Virus record (IMG/VR): IMGVR_UViG_3300032173_000009
Coordinates: 1 to 52,270 of that record
From: a virus
Lineage: Duplodnaviria; Caudoviricetes
DNA length: 52,270 bases
Strand: one strand, 5' to 3'
Position 1 is the first letter of the stretch. Each line of letters opens with the position of its first letter. Under the pieces are notes generated by a model, which was not told where the DNA came from, did not search any database, and saw nothing but the letters and a program-made list of their open reading frames with translations. Position numbers and translations under genes: made by a program. Positions 1 through 8,304 of this stretch are shown piece after piece.

Positions 1-360
1 AAGGTCGTGCGCTGCTTCAGCCCACTACAGTCTATGACCAAGGCGCAAGCCGTGAGGAAGTACCTGAAGTCTGGTGGTAGTCCTGAGCTACTTCTCTCTA
101 GCGTTAGCTGCTACGACGGCTCGGTTGTAACTCAGTGCGGTCGCTGCATGAGTTGCTTTCGTCGCTGGGTGGCGCTAGAGAGCAATGGCCTAGTTGACTC
201 CTTCGACTACCCACCCTGGCGGTGGATATGGAAGGGAAGGAGCTCCGTTGGCGAGCTAAGCAAGCTGCCCACGGCTGAGATACCTTCCTTCCTGAGAGCG
301 CAATTGGACGTGGTGAGGGCGTATGCCCACTTGCTGCGTAGAAGCACCCTCCGAAACTAA
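1..360 (+). CDS. queC: 7-cyano-7-deazaguanine synthase, C-terminal part (5' truncated)
   Basis: Frame open from base 1; PLxxxxK motif, then SCY...CGRCMSCFRR zinc-binding signature; queD/queE/folE present in the window. Confidence 0.85.
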   Translation, partial: KVVRCFSPLQSMTKAQAVRKYLKSGGSPELLLSSVSCYDGSVVTQCGRCMSCFRRWVALESNGLVDSFDYPPWRWIWKGRSSVGELSKLPTAEIPSFLRAQLDVVRAYAHLLRRSTLRN

Positions 361-1756
361 ACTCTTCCCCTACCAGCGAGAGGCTGTGACGAAGCTCCTC
401 AAACTTGGTGGTAGCGGTGGCATCTTTATGGAGATGGGCACGGGGAAGACCCGGGTGGCACTGGAAGTAGCCAGCCAACTGGGCTGTAAGCGTATCCTCG
501 TCGTAACTCCCCTCTCGGTCGTTAGCGTGTGGAAAAGGGAAGTTGCTTCATATTGGAGTGACCGGCCAAATCTCGTCTTAGACTGCACAGCAGGCAGCAT
601 CCCTGTCAGGAGTGCACTACTAAGAAAAAACGGTCAGAATCTAGTCGTAGGGGAAAGTGAGGGCAGTTGCGTCGCCATTGTGGGCTATGAGTCCTACTGG
701 AGAGAGCCCCTCAGGTCTGCGATACTATCCTATGCTCCCGACGTGGTCATCTTCGACGAAGCTCACCGCCTGAAGAGCGGGCGTACTCGGCAGTCTCGCT
801 TCGCTCACTTCCTCTCCACGAGGGTACCGTTTCGCCTGGCTCTGACGGGGACGCCAATGCCAAACGGGCCAGAGGACCTGTTCTCGCTGTACAAAGCCAT
901 CCGTCCAGAAGTCTTTGGCACACGTTGGCAGGACTTCGAGTGGCGCTATATCAACCGTGGTGGCTACCTTGGCTACCAGATAGTGGGCTACCGGAACATG
1001 GAGGAGCTGGAGGCCAAGGTCGCGGCGACGTCCTTCCGGGTCACGAAGGCTGAGGCTCTGGACCTGCCAGAGCAGGTTGACGTGGTAGTACCAGTGCAGT
1101 TGAGCGACCGTAGGGTCTATGAGGCCCTGCGCCGGCAGGCCATTGCCGAGGTGGAGGGAGTACTAGCTAGTGGGAAGCCCGCTTCGGGAGTAGCTCTGGC
1201 GCAGACTGCCCTCGTCAACATCCTCCGCCTCCAACAGGTGACCTCTGGCTTCGTTAGGACGACCGACGGTGAGCTAGTCAGCGTTGGCACTGAGAAGTAC
1301 GAGACCCTGAAAGACCTGCTGGAGGACATGCTCCCACAAGGGAGGGTCGTCGTCTTCTGTCGCTTCACCTACGACGTGGACCAAGCCGTCAAAGCTGCTG
1401 GAGCTGACGCCCTCGTTCTAGACGGGCGAGTCCCGCCGGCGGAGAGAGAGAAGGCTATAGCTAAGTTTATGGAGACCCCACACTCCGTACTGGTAGCCCA
1501 GGTCGCGGTAGGCTCGCTAGGCATCGACCTCTCCTGTGCCCACAATGCGGTCTTCTTCTCCCTGGACTACTCCTATGCCAATTACGTCCAGAGCCGAGAC
1601 CGCCTCCACCGACTGGGCCAGGGCAGCAAGGTCACTTACTACCACCTGGTGGCTGACCACACCATAGACGAGAAGGTTCTAAGGATACTTCAGCGCAAGC
1701 AGGACATCTCCAAGCAGGTGCTGGACGCGGCGAGGGTGCGGGAATTATTTTCTTGA
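323..1756 (+). CDS. SNF2-family (SF2) helicase
   Basis: MEMGTGKT Walker A, DEAH, LTGTP, GIDL and QSRDRLHRLGQ motifs. Confidence 0.92.
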   Translation: MPTCCVEAPSETKLFPYQREAVTKLLKLGGSGGIFMEMGTGKTRVALEVASQLGCKRILVVTPLSVVSVWKREVASYWSDRPNLVLDCTAGSIPVRSALLRKNGQNLVVGESEGSCVAIVGYESYWREPLRSAILSYAPDVVIFDEAHRLKSGRTRQSRFAHFLSTRVPFRLALTGTPMPNGPEDLFSLYKAIRPEVFGTRWQDFEWRYINRGGYLGYQIVGYRNMEELEAKVAATSFRVTKAEALDLPEQVDVVVPVQLSDRRVYEALRRQAIAEVEGVLASGKPASGVALAQTALVNILRLQQVTSGFVRTTDGELVSVGTEKYETLKDLLEDMLPQGRVVVFCRFTYDVDQAVKAAGADALVLDGRVPPAEREKAIAKFMETPHSVLVAQVAVGSLGIDLSCAHNAVFFSLDYSYANYVQSRDRLHRLGQGSKVTYYHLVADHTIDEKVLRILQRKQDISKQVLDAARVRELFS

Positions 1757-1773
1757 AGACTGCCTGAAAGGGC

Positions 1774-1802
1774 TTGACAAGTGATTAAACAACCCTTATG
1801 CT
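1774..1802 (+). promoter_or_regulatory. sigma70-type promoter with TGATTAAACA operator in the spacer
   Basis: TTGACA (1774-1779), 17 bp, TATGCT (1797-1802); TGATTAAACA at 1782-1791. Confidence 0.75.
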
Positions 1803-1845
1803 TGGGGTGTCGAAGAAGGAGTGGAGCCAAGAAAGGAGAACAAGG

Positions 1846-2832
1846 ATGGCCCACGAGATAGAGATCGTCGATGGAGTGGCCCGTATGTTCTACGCGGGTG
1901 AGGTCCCCTGGCATGGGCTAGGGACGAGAGTGGAGCACGCCCTCACCAGTGAGGAGGCCATCGTAGCGGCCGGCCTCGACTGGGAGGTTGAGCTCCGCCC
2001 CCTGTATAGCGGCCGGACCTTGAGGACAGCGAAGCGAGTGGACCGCTTCCTGGCCATCAGCCGGACGTCCGACAACAAGGTGCTCGGTGTTGCCACTGAG
2101 CGGTACACTCCCCTCCAGAACAAGGAGGCATTCACGTTCACTGATAGCTTGGTGAAGGACGGAGTCATGCGGTACGTGACCGCAGGCTCGCTCATGGGTG
2201 GGCGGAAGGTCTGGCTATTGGGCCAAATGGAGGGCGATTGGAGGATCAACGGCGAGCAGTACTGCCAGTACATTCTGCTTACGGCTGGGCACGACGCCAG
2301 TACGGTCGTTGACATACTGCCCACAAACGAGCGCGTAGTCTGCCACAATACGCTCCAGTGGGCTCTGGCAGCGGGACCTGCAGCAGCTAGGGAGTTCCGG
2401 ATTATCCACAATCCAGCACTCCCGACCAAGCTGGAGGCGGCGCGTAAGGCCCTGGAGATCACGACAGAGGCTTTCAGGAACTTGCAGGAGCTCCTAGAGG
2501 TAGCCCAGCAGCACACACTGGAGGCTGAGCAGGTGAAGGTGGTCACGGAGGGCCTGTTTGGAAGCCTGGACGAGGCCACTAAAGGCCAGCGTGCCAAGGC
2601 CATCGAGACCTTCCAAGCCATCTACGCAGCAGAGTCAGCACTGAACGGAGAGACGGCCTACGCGATGGTGAACGCCATCGCGGGCTATGCCGACCACTCG
2701 AAGCGCTACCATGGAGACTCAGAGCAGCGGGCCGAGAGCCGCCTGCTAAGCACCATAGTGTCAACTGGTGGTGCCTACCGCTTCAAGGCCAAGGGCATCG
2801 ACCTGGTCAAGAAGGTAGCACAGATCTCCTAG
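1846..2832 (+). CDS. DUF932/LGT_TIGR03299-family phage protein
   Basis: MAHEIE...VPWHGLG, AGLDWEV, Y-PLQN-EAF, RVVCHNT; ATG 1846 follows AAAGGAG. Confidence 0.88.
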   Translation: MAHEIEIVDGVARMFYAGEVPWHGLGTRVEHALTSEEAIVAAGLDWEVELRPLYSGRTLRTAKRVDRFLAISRTSDNKVLGVATERYTPLQNKEAFTFTDSLVKDGVMRYVTAGSLMGGRKVWLLGQMEGDWRINGEQYCQYILLTAGHDASTVVDILPTNERVVCHNTLQWALAAGPAAAREFRIIHNPALPTKLEAARKALEITTEAFRNLQELLEVAQQHTLEAEQVKVVTEGLFGSLDEATKGQRAKAIETFQAIYAAESALNGETAYAMVNAIAGYADHSKRYHGDSEQRAESRLLSTIVSTGGAYRFKAKGIDLVKKVAQIS

Positions 2833-2841
2833 GGCTTTCCA

Positions 2842-2892
2842 GCCCCCGCGCTACGCCCCCACTCTCCCCGCCAGAGTGTGGGGGCGCGGGGC
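2842..2892 (+). other. long GC-rich hairpin (terminator or processing site)
   Basis: CGCCCCC-ACTCT pairs with AGAGT-GT-GGGGGCG, extended by CCCCG/CGGGG; no U-tract. Confidence 0.5.
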
Positions 2893-2905
2893 GGAGGTTC
2901 GAGAA

Positions 2906-3160
2906 ATGAGCAAAGCACCTTGGGACCCCTACTCAGAGCAAATGGAGTCCCTTGAGCGGGCTGAGGACGCAGAGATGCTCAAGCATGCTCACGGGGTCGT
3001 CAGGGGCATCCTAGCCAGGGACGGAGACAGGCGCAAGGCAGCCAAGGCCCTACTTGAGCTAGTGCACTCTGAGCGTCTGCATGGAAACCTAGCAGTCCAG
3101 GTGGCGATGTACTACGGTCTAGCGGACGAGCTACAAGCCATCTCGTTGCGTGGAGGGTAA
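2906..3160 (+). CDS. hypothetical protein (84 aa) upstream of the first array
   Basis: ATG 2906 after GGAGG; stop codon lies inside the first degenerate array repeat. Confidence 0.7.
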   Translation: MSKAPWDPYSEQMESLERAEDAEMLKHAHGVVRGILARDGDRRKAAKALLELVHSERLHGNLAVQVAMYYGLADELQAISLRGG

Positions 3161-3452
3161 GTGGGATTCTTGTGGAGAACGGGTGGTCGATGGCGAGCGG
3201 CGATTGCATGGAGATCGGCACAATGATGACGAGCCGCTACTAACTGGAGAACGGACACGCTGTGGCGAGTGGCTAGCGTTTGAAGAATGGCAATGAGTTG
3301 GCGAGCGGCCGTAGGCTGGAGAACGGTCTTCGAGTGGCGAGCGGTCTTCTCTTGGAGAATGGGGCGAATGTGGTGAGCGAGTCAAGGGTGGAGAACGGTT
3401 TCATACTGGCGAGCGGTGAACGATTGTAGAATGGCGGCTAAGTGGCGACCTT
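3155..3452 (+). repeat. TIGR-like dual-repeat guide array 1 (8 units of 36 nt)
   Basis: TGGAGAACGG-like repeats at 3173, 3209, 3245, 3281, 3317, 3353, 3389, 3425 alternate with TGGCGAGCGG-like repeats at 3191 to 3443, each separated by 8 variable nt. Confidence 0.9.
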
Positions 3453-3488
3453 CGTTAAGAAGGCGCGAAGAAAGGAGTCCAGAAAGTT

Positions 3489-4313
3489 ATGGTCACGGAC
3501 GTAAAGGTCAGGGAAGTCTCACCTTTGAGGCACCTGCACGACACGCAGGTCTCCCTGGAGAAGTTCCGAATAGCCCTTGGCAATAGGTGCTCAGCTCTGA
3601 GTCGTGGAGTAGATGAAGCTGCTAGGCCGGTGCCAGAAGTCTACGAGCGCCTTCACCAAATGGCGACAGACATGGAGAAGGAAATCGACGTAGCTATAGC
3701 CGCTGAGCTGGACAAGTGGCCAGTCTACCGCTCCTGGCTTTCACACGTCAAAGGCATAGGGCCTTCTCTCGCAGGCCAGATGCTGGCCCTCCTCCTCCCG
3801 CCTATCCCCAGCAAAGGACCGTCCTCCTGGTATAAGGCAGCAGGACTTGCTCCCGAGTTGCGGCCCGACGGTCTGACTAGGCTGCCTCGGCCTTCTCGGG
3901 TCCGCTGTCCAGAGTGCTCTAGTACTACCTTCCAGCAGAAGCAGGGAGAGAAGACCTGTACCGAATGTGGGCGCCCCTTAGCCAAAGGCGAGGGCAAAGT
4001 CTCCTACCACCCCTGGCTCCGGCGCTGCCTCTACAATGTGGGCACGTCCTTTGTCCGCAACGGTGGCTACTACAGAGTCATCTATGAGCAGACAAAGGAG
4101 CGGCTACAGCATCTCCACGAAGGTGACAAGGACTGGCCACCAATACGAGTAGACCGGACGGCCCGTTGGAAAATGGTCAAGGTCTTCCTAGCTCACCTAT
4201 GGGAGGCTTGGAGCGAAGTCGAGGGCATTCCTGCTCGTCTGCCCTATGTCGTAGAGACGTATGGGCACCAGTACATTCCACGGCCTCTGCCCACGGGAGA
4301 CGGCAAGATATAG
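3489..4313 (+). CDS. Nop/IS110-domain RNA-binding protein, TasA-like, with C4 zinc-ribbon insertion
   Basis: N-terminal helical hairpin; LSHVKGIGPSLAG, KAAGLAP and PWLRRCLY motifs of the IS110 C-terminal/Nop fold; no N-terminal RuvC; CPEC...CTEC insert; flanked by 36-nt arrays. Confidence 0.82.
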   Translation: MVTDVKVREVSPLRHLHDTQVSLEKFRIALGNRCSALSRGVDEAARPVPEVYERLHQMATDMEKEIDVAIAAELDKWPVYRSWLSHVKGIGPSLAGQMLALLLPPIPSKGPSSWYKAAGLAPELRPDGLTRLPRPSRVRCPECSSTTFQQKQGEKTCTECGRPLAKGEGKVSYHPWLRRCLYNVGTSFVRNGGYYRVIYEQTKERLQHLHEGDKDWPPIRVDRTARWKMVKVFLAHLWEAWSEVEGIPARLPYVVETYGHQYIPRPLPTGDGKI

Positions 4314-4748
4314 CGGTCCGTCATTGGAGAACGGGAGCTAAGTGACGAGCGGTTTGCTGGTGGAGAACGGGTGGTCGATGGCGAGTGGCGTCATGGTGGA
4401 GAATGGTCTAGCCTTGGCGAGCGGCGACTTCATGGAGGACAGCGGATTGGTGGCGAGTGGATGAATGCTGGAGAACGAGGCGCCGGTGGCGAGCGGTGAG
4501 AAAATGGAGAACGGTGTCAAGCTGGCGAGCGGTCGCTGAGTGGAGAACCAGATAATATTGGCAAGCGGAAGCGCGCTGAAGAATGGAATGAATGTGGCGA
4601 GCGGTGAATAGTTGGAGAACGGGCGGGGTCTGGTGAGCGACGAAGCGGTGGAGAACGGGAGCTTCATGGCGAGCGGTGGCCGTTTGGAGAACGGTACAGA
4701 GATGGTGAGCGGAGGCTCTCTGAAGAATGGCAAACGGTTGGTGAGTTA
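4307..4748 (+). repeat. TIGR-like dual-repeat guide array 2 (12 units of 36 nt)
   Basis: TGGAGAACGG-like repeats every 36 nt from 4325 to 4721, alternating with TGGCGAGCGG-like repeats from 4343 to 4739; 8-nt variable spacers. Confidence 0.9.
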
Positions 4749-4749
4749 G

Positions 4750-7188
4750 ATGATCTGCTCCCGCTGTCTCCTAGGCAAAACGACCACTCCTGTCCCTGGT
4801 GAGGGACCTGTGCCCTGCGACCTGCTGCTTGTGGGTGAGGCACCAGGTGCGGTGGAGGAAAGAGAGCTGAGGCCGTTCGTAGGGGACGCAGGGCGTGTTC
4901 TCAACGGCCTGCTCAAGGACGTGGGCCTCAGTCGGGAGCAGGTCCGCATTACCAATATCGTCCACTGCCGACCACCTGGGAACAGGAAGCCGGAGGACGA
5001 GGAGCTGCTAGCCTGCGCTGTCCACATGGCAGCCGAGCTAGGTCAGGTCAAGCCCAAGCTCGTCGTGGCACTAGGGGGCACGGCAGCTAAGGCTCTGACG
5101 GGGAAGGAGAAGATCGGGGCGGGTCGAGGGCGCGTCCTTGCGCTCAAACCTGAGTACCGTAGCTCTATCCCAGTAGTCGTCACCTACCACCCAGCCTACT
5201 ACCTACACCGGAACGGTGACAAGAGCATCCTGGACGGCATAGCTACGGACTTCAGGTTTGCGCTGAAGGTAGCCGATGCTCTTGTCACCGTTCCGGTGAA
5301 GGGCGCTGCAGCCAAGCAAGACATCCTAGTGACTGAGAATGAGGTAGAGATCGCCTCCGCTCTCCGTCAGCTTGCGTCCTGCGACCTGCTGGCCTGCGAC
5401 TGCGAGTGGGAAGTCCTGCCCAACGGCCGCTTCCAGCCCTGGAGTAGGTGTGAGGGCAAGGCGCCCAGGTTAGTCAGCATCGCCTTGGCTGGTAGGCTAG
5501 CAGACGGTCCACTAGCTGTAGCCGTCAAAGCCGATAGCAAGGCATTCCCGGTCGTCGTCAAGATACTGAGCAAAGTACCGACGATCTACCACAATGCGCC
5601 GGCGGACTTGGCCTGGCTCCTGTCCTTGGGTGCCAAGCCTATACTAGCTGGCGACACCTTGCTCCTAGCCTCGCTGCTAAACTTGCAGCACTCACTTGGC
5701 CTTAAGGTCCTAGCCGCCGTGCTCACGGAAGTACCAGCAGGCTGGGACACTGAGGTGCAGGAGGGCATCCTGGGCACGCTCCCCGCCACCAAAGCTGCTT
5801 GGGATGCCCTCCTCAAGTATAACGGGCAGGATGCCCTCGCCACCCTCTTACTCAACGAGCGCCTACTGCAGATGGTGAGGGAGCAGCAGCGTGAGGCGGT
5901 TCTTCCCCTCTACCGGAAGCTCCTGGGAGCGAGCTATGCCTTGGTCAAAGCCGCCCTAAGAGGTGCGCCCCTTGATGGGAAGATGCTCTCTGAGCTGAAA
6001 GAGCAAGCAGACTACCGGATCGTCTCACTACGAAAAGCAGTTGCAGCGGAGTTTGGCATGCCTGGGTTCGTCAAGAAGGAGGCACACTCCTCCGACCTCG
6101 TGGCTGCTGAGCTTGAGCATCGTGGAGTGAAGCTGCCCAAGACGCCAAAGCTGCAGCGCGCCTCGCTCAACGCCGCCGCTCTCCTGCCTTATGCTAGCCG
6201 GCCCGACGTAAAGCCACTCATAGCGCTAGCCAAGGTAGTGAAGCTGGAGAACACCTACCTTGGCCCCTGGACGGAGCTGCTCAAGGAGCAGGGAGAGGCA
6301 CGGCTCCATACTGGGTATAAGTTGTGGGTTGCTAGGACGGGGCGCTCTTCGACGGAGGGCGAGGCAGGAGGCACTATCCAGCAGTTCCCACGTGACTCCC
6401 AAATGCGCCGCCTCGTTCGCGCACCCGACGGCTACGTTATAGTCTCTGCTGACCAGTCGCAGGTTGAGCTACGAATCGCTGCCTGGCTAGCTGACGAGAC
6501 GACGATGAAGCGCTTCTTCCGGGAAGGCATCGACATTCACACTGCTACTGCCGCCTGGCTGAAGGCCAGCTCTAGAGGCATCCCCCTAATCTCCTACCTG
6601 GCTCACCAGCGGGAGTATATGGAGGAGGTGACGAAAGAGGAGAGGCAGGGAGCTAAGCCTATCAACTTCGGCCTACTCTACGGTGGGCAAGAGGAGGTGC
6701 TAGTTGGTGTGGCTCTGAGGGACTATGGTATTACTCTGACCAAAGAGCAGGCTACGGTGGCAAAGAGCGGCTTCTTCGAGCTCTACCCGAAGCTAGTGGA
6801 CTGGCACAAGTCGGCCTGGCACTGGGTCAACAAGGGAGCTGTGCCTACCCCACTGGGGCGCTGGCGCAACCTGCCCTCAGAGGACGGAGAGGACGGGCTG
6901 GCTAAGCAGAGGAAGGCGATCAACACTCCAGTCCAGGCTACGGCCTCAGACCTCTGCCTCATTTCTCTGGCTGAGATCGACAGGCTGCTGGACGGGCTGG
7001 ACTCGTATATTATAGGGTTCGTCCACGACTCAGTACTGTTGGAAGCCAGCGAGAGGCACTTGGCCCAGGTCGTCGAAGTAGTCAGGCGCTGCATGGAGAA
7101 CCCAGACCTCAGCGAGTTTGGGCTCACCCTTCCAGTGCCCTTGGTAGCGGACATAAAGGTCGGGAAAACATGGGGAGATTGTGCCTGA
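4750..7188 (+). CDS. family A DNA polymerase with N-terminal family-4 uracil-DNA-glycosylase-like domain and 3'-5' exonuclease
   Basis: CxxC, GEAPG, PFVGDAG, CRPPGNRKP, TYHP (UDG); DCE, HNAPAD, YNGQDA (exo); DQSQVELR, RQGAKPINFGLLYG, VHDS (pol motifs A, B, C). Confidence 0.93.
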   Translation: MICSRCLLGKTTTPVPGEGPVPCDLLLVGEAPGAVEERELRPFVGDAGRVLNGLLKDVGLSREQVRITNIVHCRPPGNRKPEDEELLACAVHMAAELGQVKPKLVVALGGTAAKALTGKEKIGAGRGRVLALKPEYRSSIPVVVTYHPAYYLHRNGDKSILDGIATDFRFALKVADALVTVPVKGAAAKQDILVTENEVEIASALRQLASCDLLACDCEWEVLPNGRFQPWSRCEGKAPRLVSIALAGRLADGPLAVAVKADSKAFPVVVKILSKVPTIYHNAPADLAWLLSLGAKPILAGDTLLLASLLNLQHSLGLKVLAAVLTEVPAGWDTEVQEGILGTLPATKAAWDALLKYNGQDALATLLLNERLLQMVREQQREAVLPLYRKLLGASYALVKAALRGAPLDGKMLSELKEQADYRIVSLRKAVAAEFGMPGFVKKEAHSSDLVAAELEHRGVKLPKTPKLQRASLNAAALLPYASRPDVKPLIALAKVVKLENTYLGPWTELLKEQGEARLHTGYKLWVARTGRSSTEGEAGGTIQQFPRDSQMRRLVRAPDGYVIVSADQSQVELRIAAWLADETTMKRFFREGIDIHTATAAWLKASSRGIPLISYLAHQREYMEEVTKEERQGAKPINFGLLYGGQEEVLVGVALRDYGITLTKEQATVAKSGFFELYPKLVDWHKSAWHWVNKGAVPTPLGRWRNLPSEDGEDGLAKQRKAINTPVQATASDLCLISLAEIDRLLDGLDSYIIGFVHDSVLLEASERHLAQVVEVVRRCMENPDLSEFGLTLPVPLVADIKVGKTWGDCA

Positions 7189-7194
7189 AACCCC

Positions 7195-7223
7195 TTGACA
7201 TAGCCAGCGAGGATGATTAATAT
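7195..7223 (+). promoter_or_regulatory. sigma70-type promoter
   Basis: TTGACA-17 bp-TAATAT; same upstream TGCCTGAAA as the 1774 promoter; partial operator TGATTAA over the -10. Confidence 0.6.
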
Positions 7224-7260
7224 CTCCATGTCAGAAGTTTGGGAAAGGACCCCTTCATAA

Positions 7261-8304
7261 TTGAATACATCCCTCTCAGCAATAGGCTCGTGGCGTGAGT
7301 GCCAGCAGAAGTACTGGTACCGGTATGTCGAAGGGCTAAAGCCCAAGCTAGAGCGCCCAGCCCCCCTCCTAGGCTCCATCCTACACCGACTCCTAGAGCG
7401 CTTCTACCTATTCATTCCTGGTGACCCAGACGACGCTCTGAGGCAAGCTATCGAGTTCACCTGCGGAGAGTTCCAGCCAAAGATAGACGGCCTCGTCTTT
7501 GCTGCCCAGACTGCTGGGGAGGATCAGCTCGGCCTGGACTTGCAGGACCTCCTGCCAAGAGCACTGCGCATCTTCGAGCGCTACTTCCTCGTCAGAGGCA
7601 GACCCGACTTCGAGCAGCTCTGGCCAGTACTGGTTGAGTACCGCTACACGCTGGAACTCGACCGAGGACTCCAGCTAGTTGGCATTGCCGACCTGGTAGC
7701 TGAGCAGGACGGACAGCGTCTCTTGTGGGAGCACAAGACGACTGGGTCCGTGCCTGGGCAAGGCAGAAGGCTCCGAGACTTGCAGACCACGCTAATGAGT
7801 GCAGCTCTGGAAGAGCTCGGTCATGGGCCGATCAACGGTGTGGTCTGGAACTACATAAGGACGAAGGAGCCAACGGTCCCGGCCTTGCTCAAGAACGGCA
7901 TGCTCACTACTCGGGCAGACCTAGACTCTACTTGGGCGGTCTACCAAGCGGAGATACAGAAGCACGGCCTGAGGGAAGAAGACTACCTGCCGGTCAAGGA
8001 GAGACTGGAAGGCAGGGAGGAGGCAGTCTTCTTCCCTCGGGTCGTCCTTCCGCTCATGCAGGCTGAGCATATCCTACTAAGGGACTTTATTGCCACGGCT
8101 CGCACCGTCCAAGCGATCCGTGAGTCTGGTGGGAACTACATTCCGGTTAGGAGCGTGGGCTTCGGCTGTGACTTCTGCGAGTATAACAAGCTGTGCGAAG
8201 CAGTGATCTTGGGAGGAGACGAGGAGGAAGTGGTTCAGCGTCTATTCGTCAGGAAGGAAAGCAAGGAGGTGGCAAGTGACAACGGCGACACGAGTAGCCC
8301 CTAG
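7261..8304 (+). CDS. PD-(D/E)XK exonuclease (RecB/Cas4-like)
   Basis: S-S-I--W--C--KYWY-Y, GSILH, GIADLV...WEHKT, C-terminal CDFCEYNKLC. Confidence 0.88.
   Translation: MNTSLSAIGSWRECQQKYWYRYVEGLKPKLERPAPLLGSILHRLLERFYLFIPGDPDDALRQAIEFTCGEFQPKIDGLVFAAQTAGEDQLGLDLQDLLPRALRIFERYFLVRGRPDFEQLWPVLVEYRYTLELDRGLQLVGIADLVAEQDGQRLLWEHKTTGSVPGQGRRLRDLQTTLMSAALEELGHGPINGVVWNYIRTKEPTVPALLKNGMLTTRADLDSTWAVYQAEIQKHGLREEDYLPVKERLEGREEAVFFPRVVLPLMQAEHILLRDFIATARTVQAIRESGGNYIPVRSVGFGCDFCEYNKLCEAVILGGDEEEVVQRLFVRKESKEVASDNGDTSSP

Noticed and set aside
3489-4313. IS110 transposase / insertion sequence
   Set aside because: No N-terminal DEDD RuvC domain, no obvious catalytic SG loop, and flanks are periodic arrays rather than IS ends.
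3173-4730. Arrays as a CsrB-like GGA sponge for the phage CsrA
   Set aside because: GGA is not in hairpin loops, and the strict period plus adjacent Nop-domain gene are better explained by a guide array; kept only as possible cross-talk.
4338-4733. 131-aa minus-strand ORF (and 3131-3385)
   Set aside because: Artefact of a 36-nt (12-codon) repeat without stops on that strand; no SD and opposite to all other genes.
3155-4748. Arrays as CRISPR
   Set aside because: Repeats are 10 nt of two alternating types with 8-nt spacers, far below CRISPR sizes; no cas1, cas2 or effector genes are present.
7261-8304. Cas4 as part of a CRISPR adaptation module
   Set aside because: It sits in the ordinary exonuclease-Sak4-SSB recombination module; nothing links it to the arrays beyond proximity.
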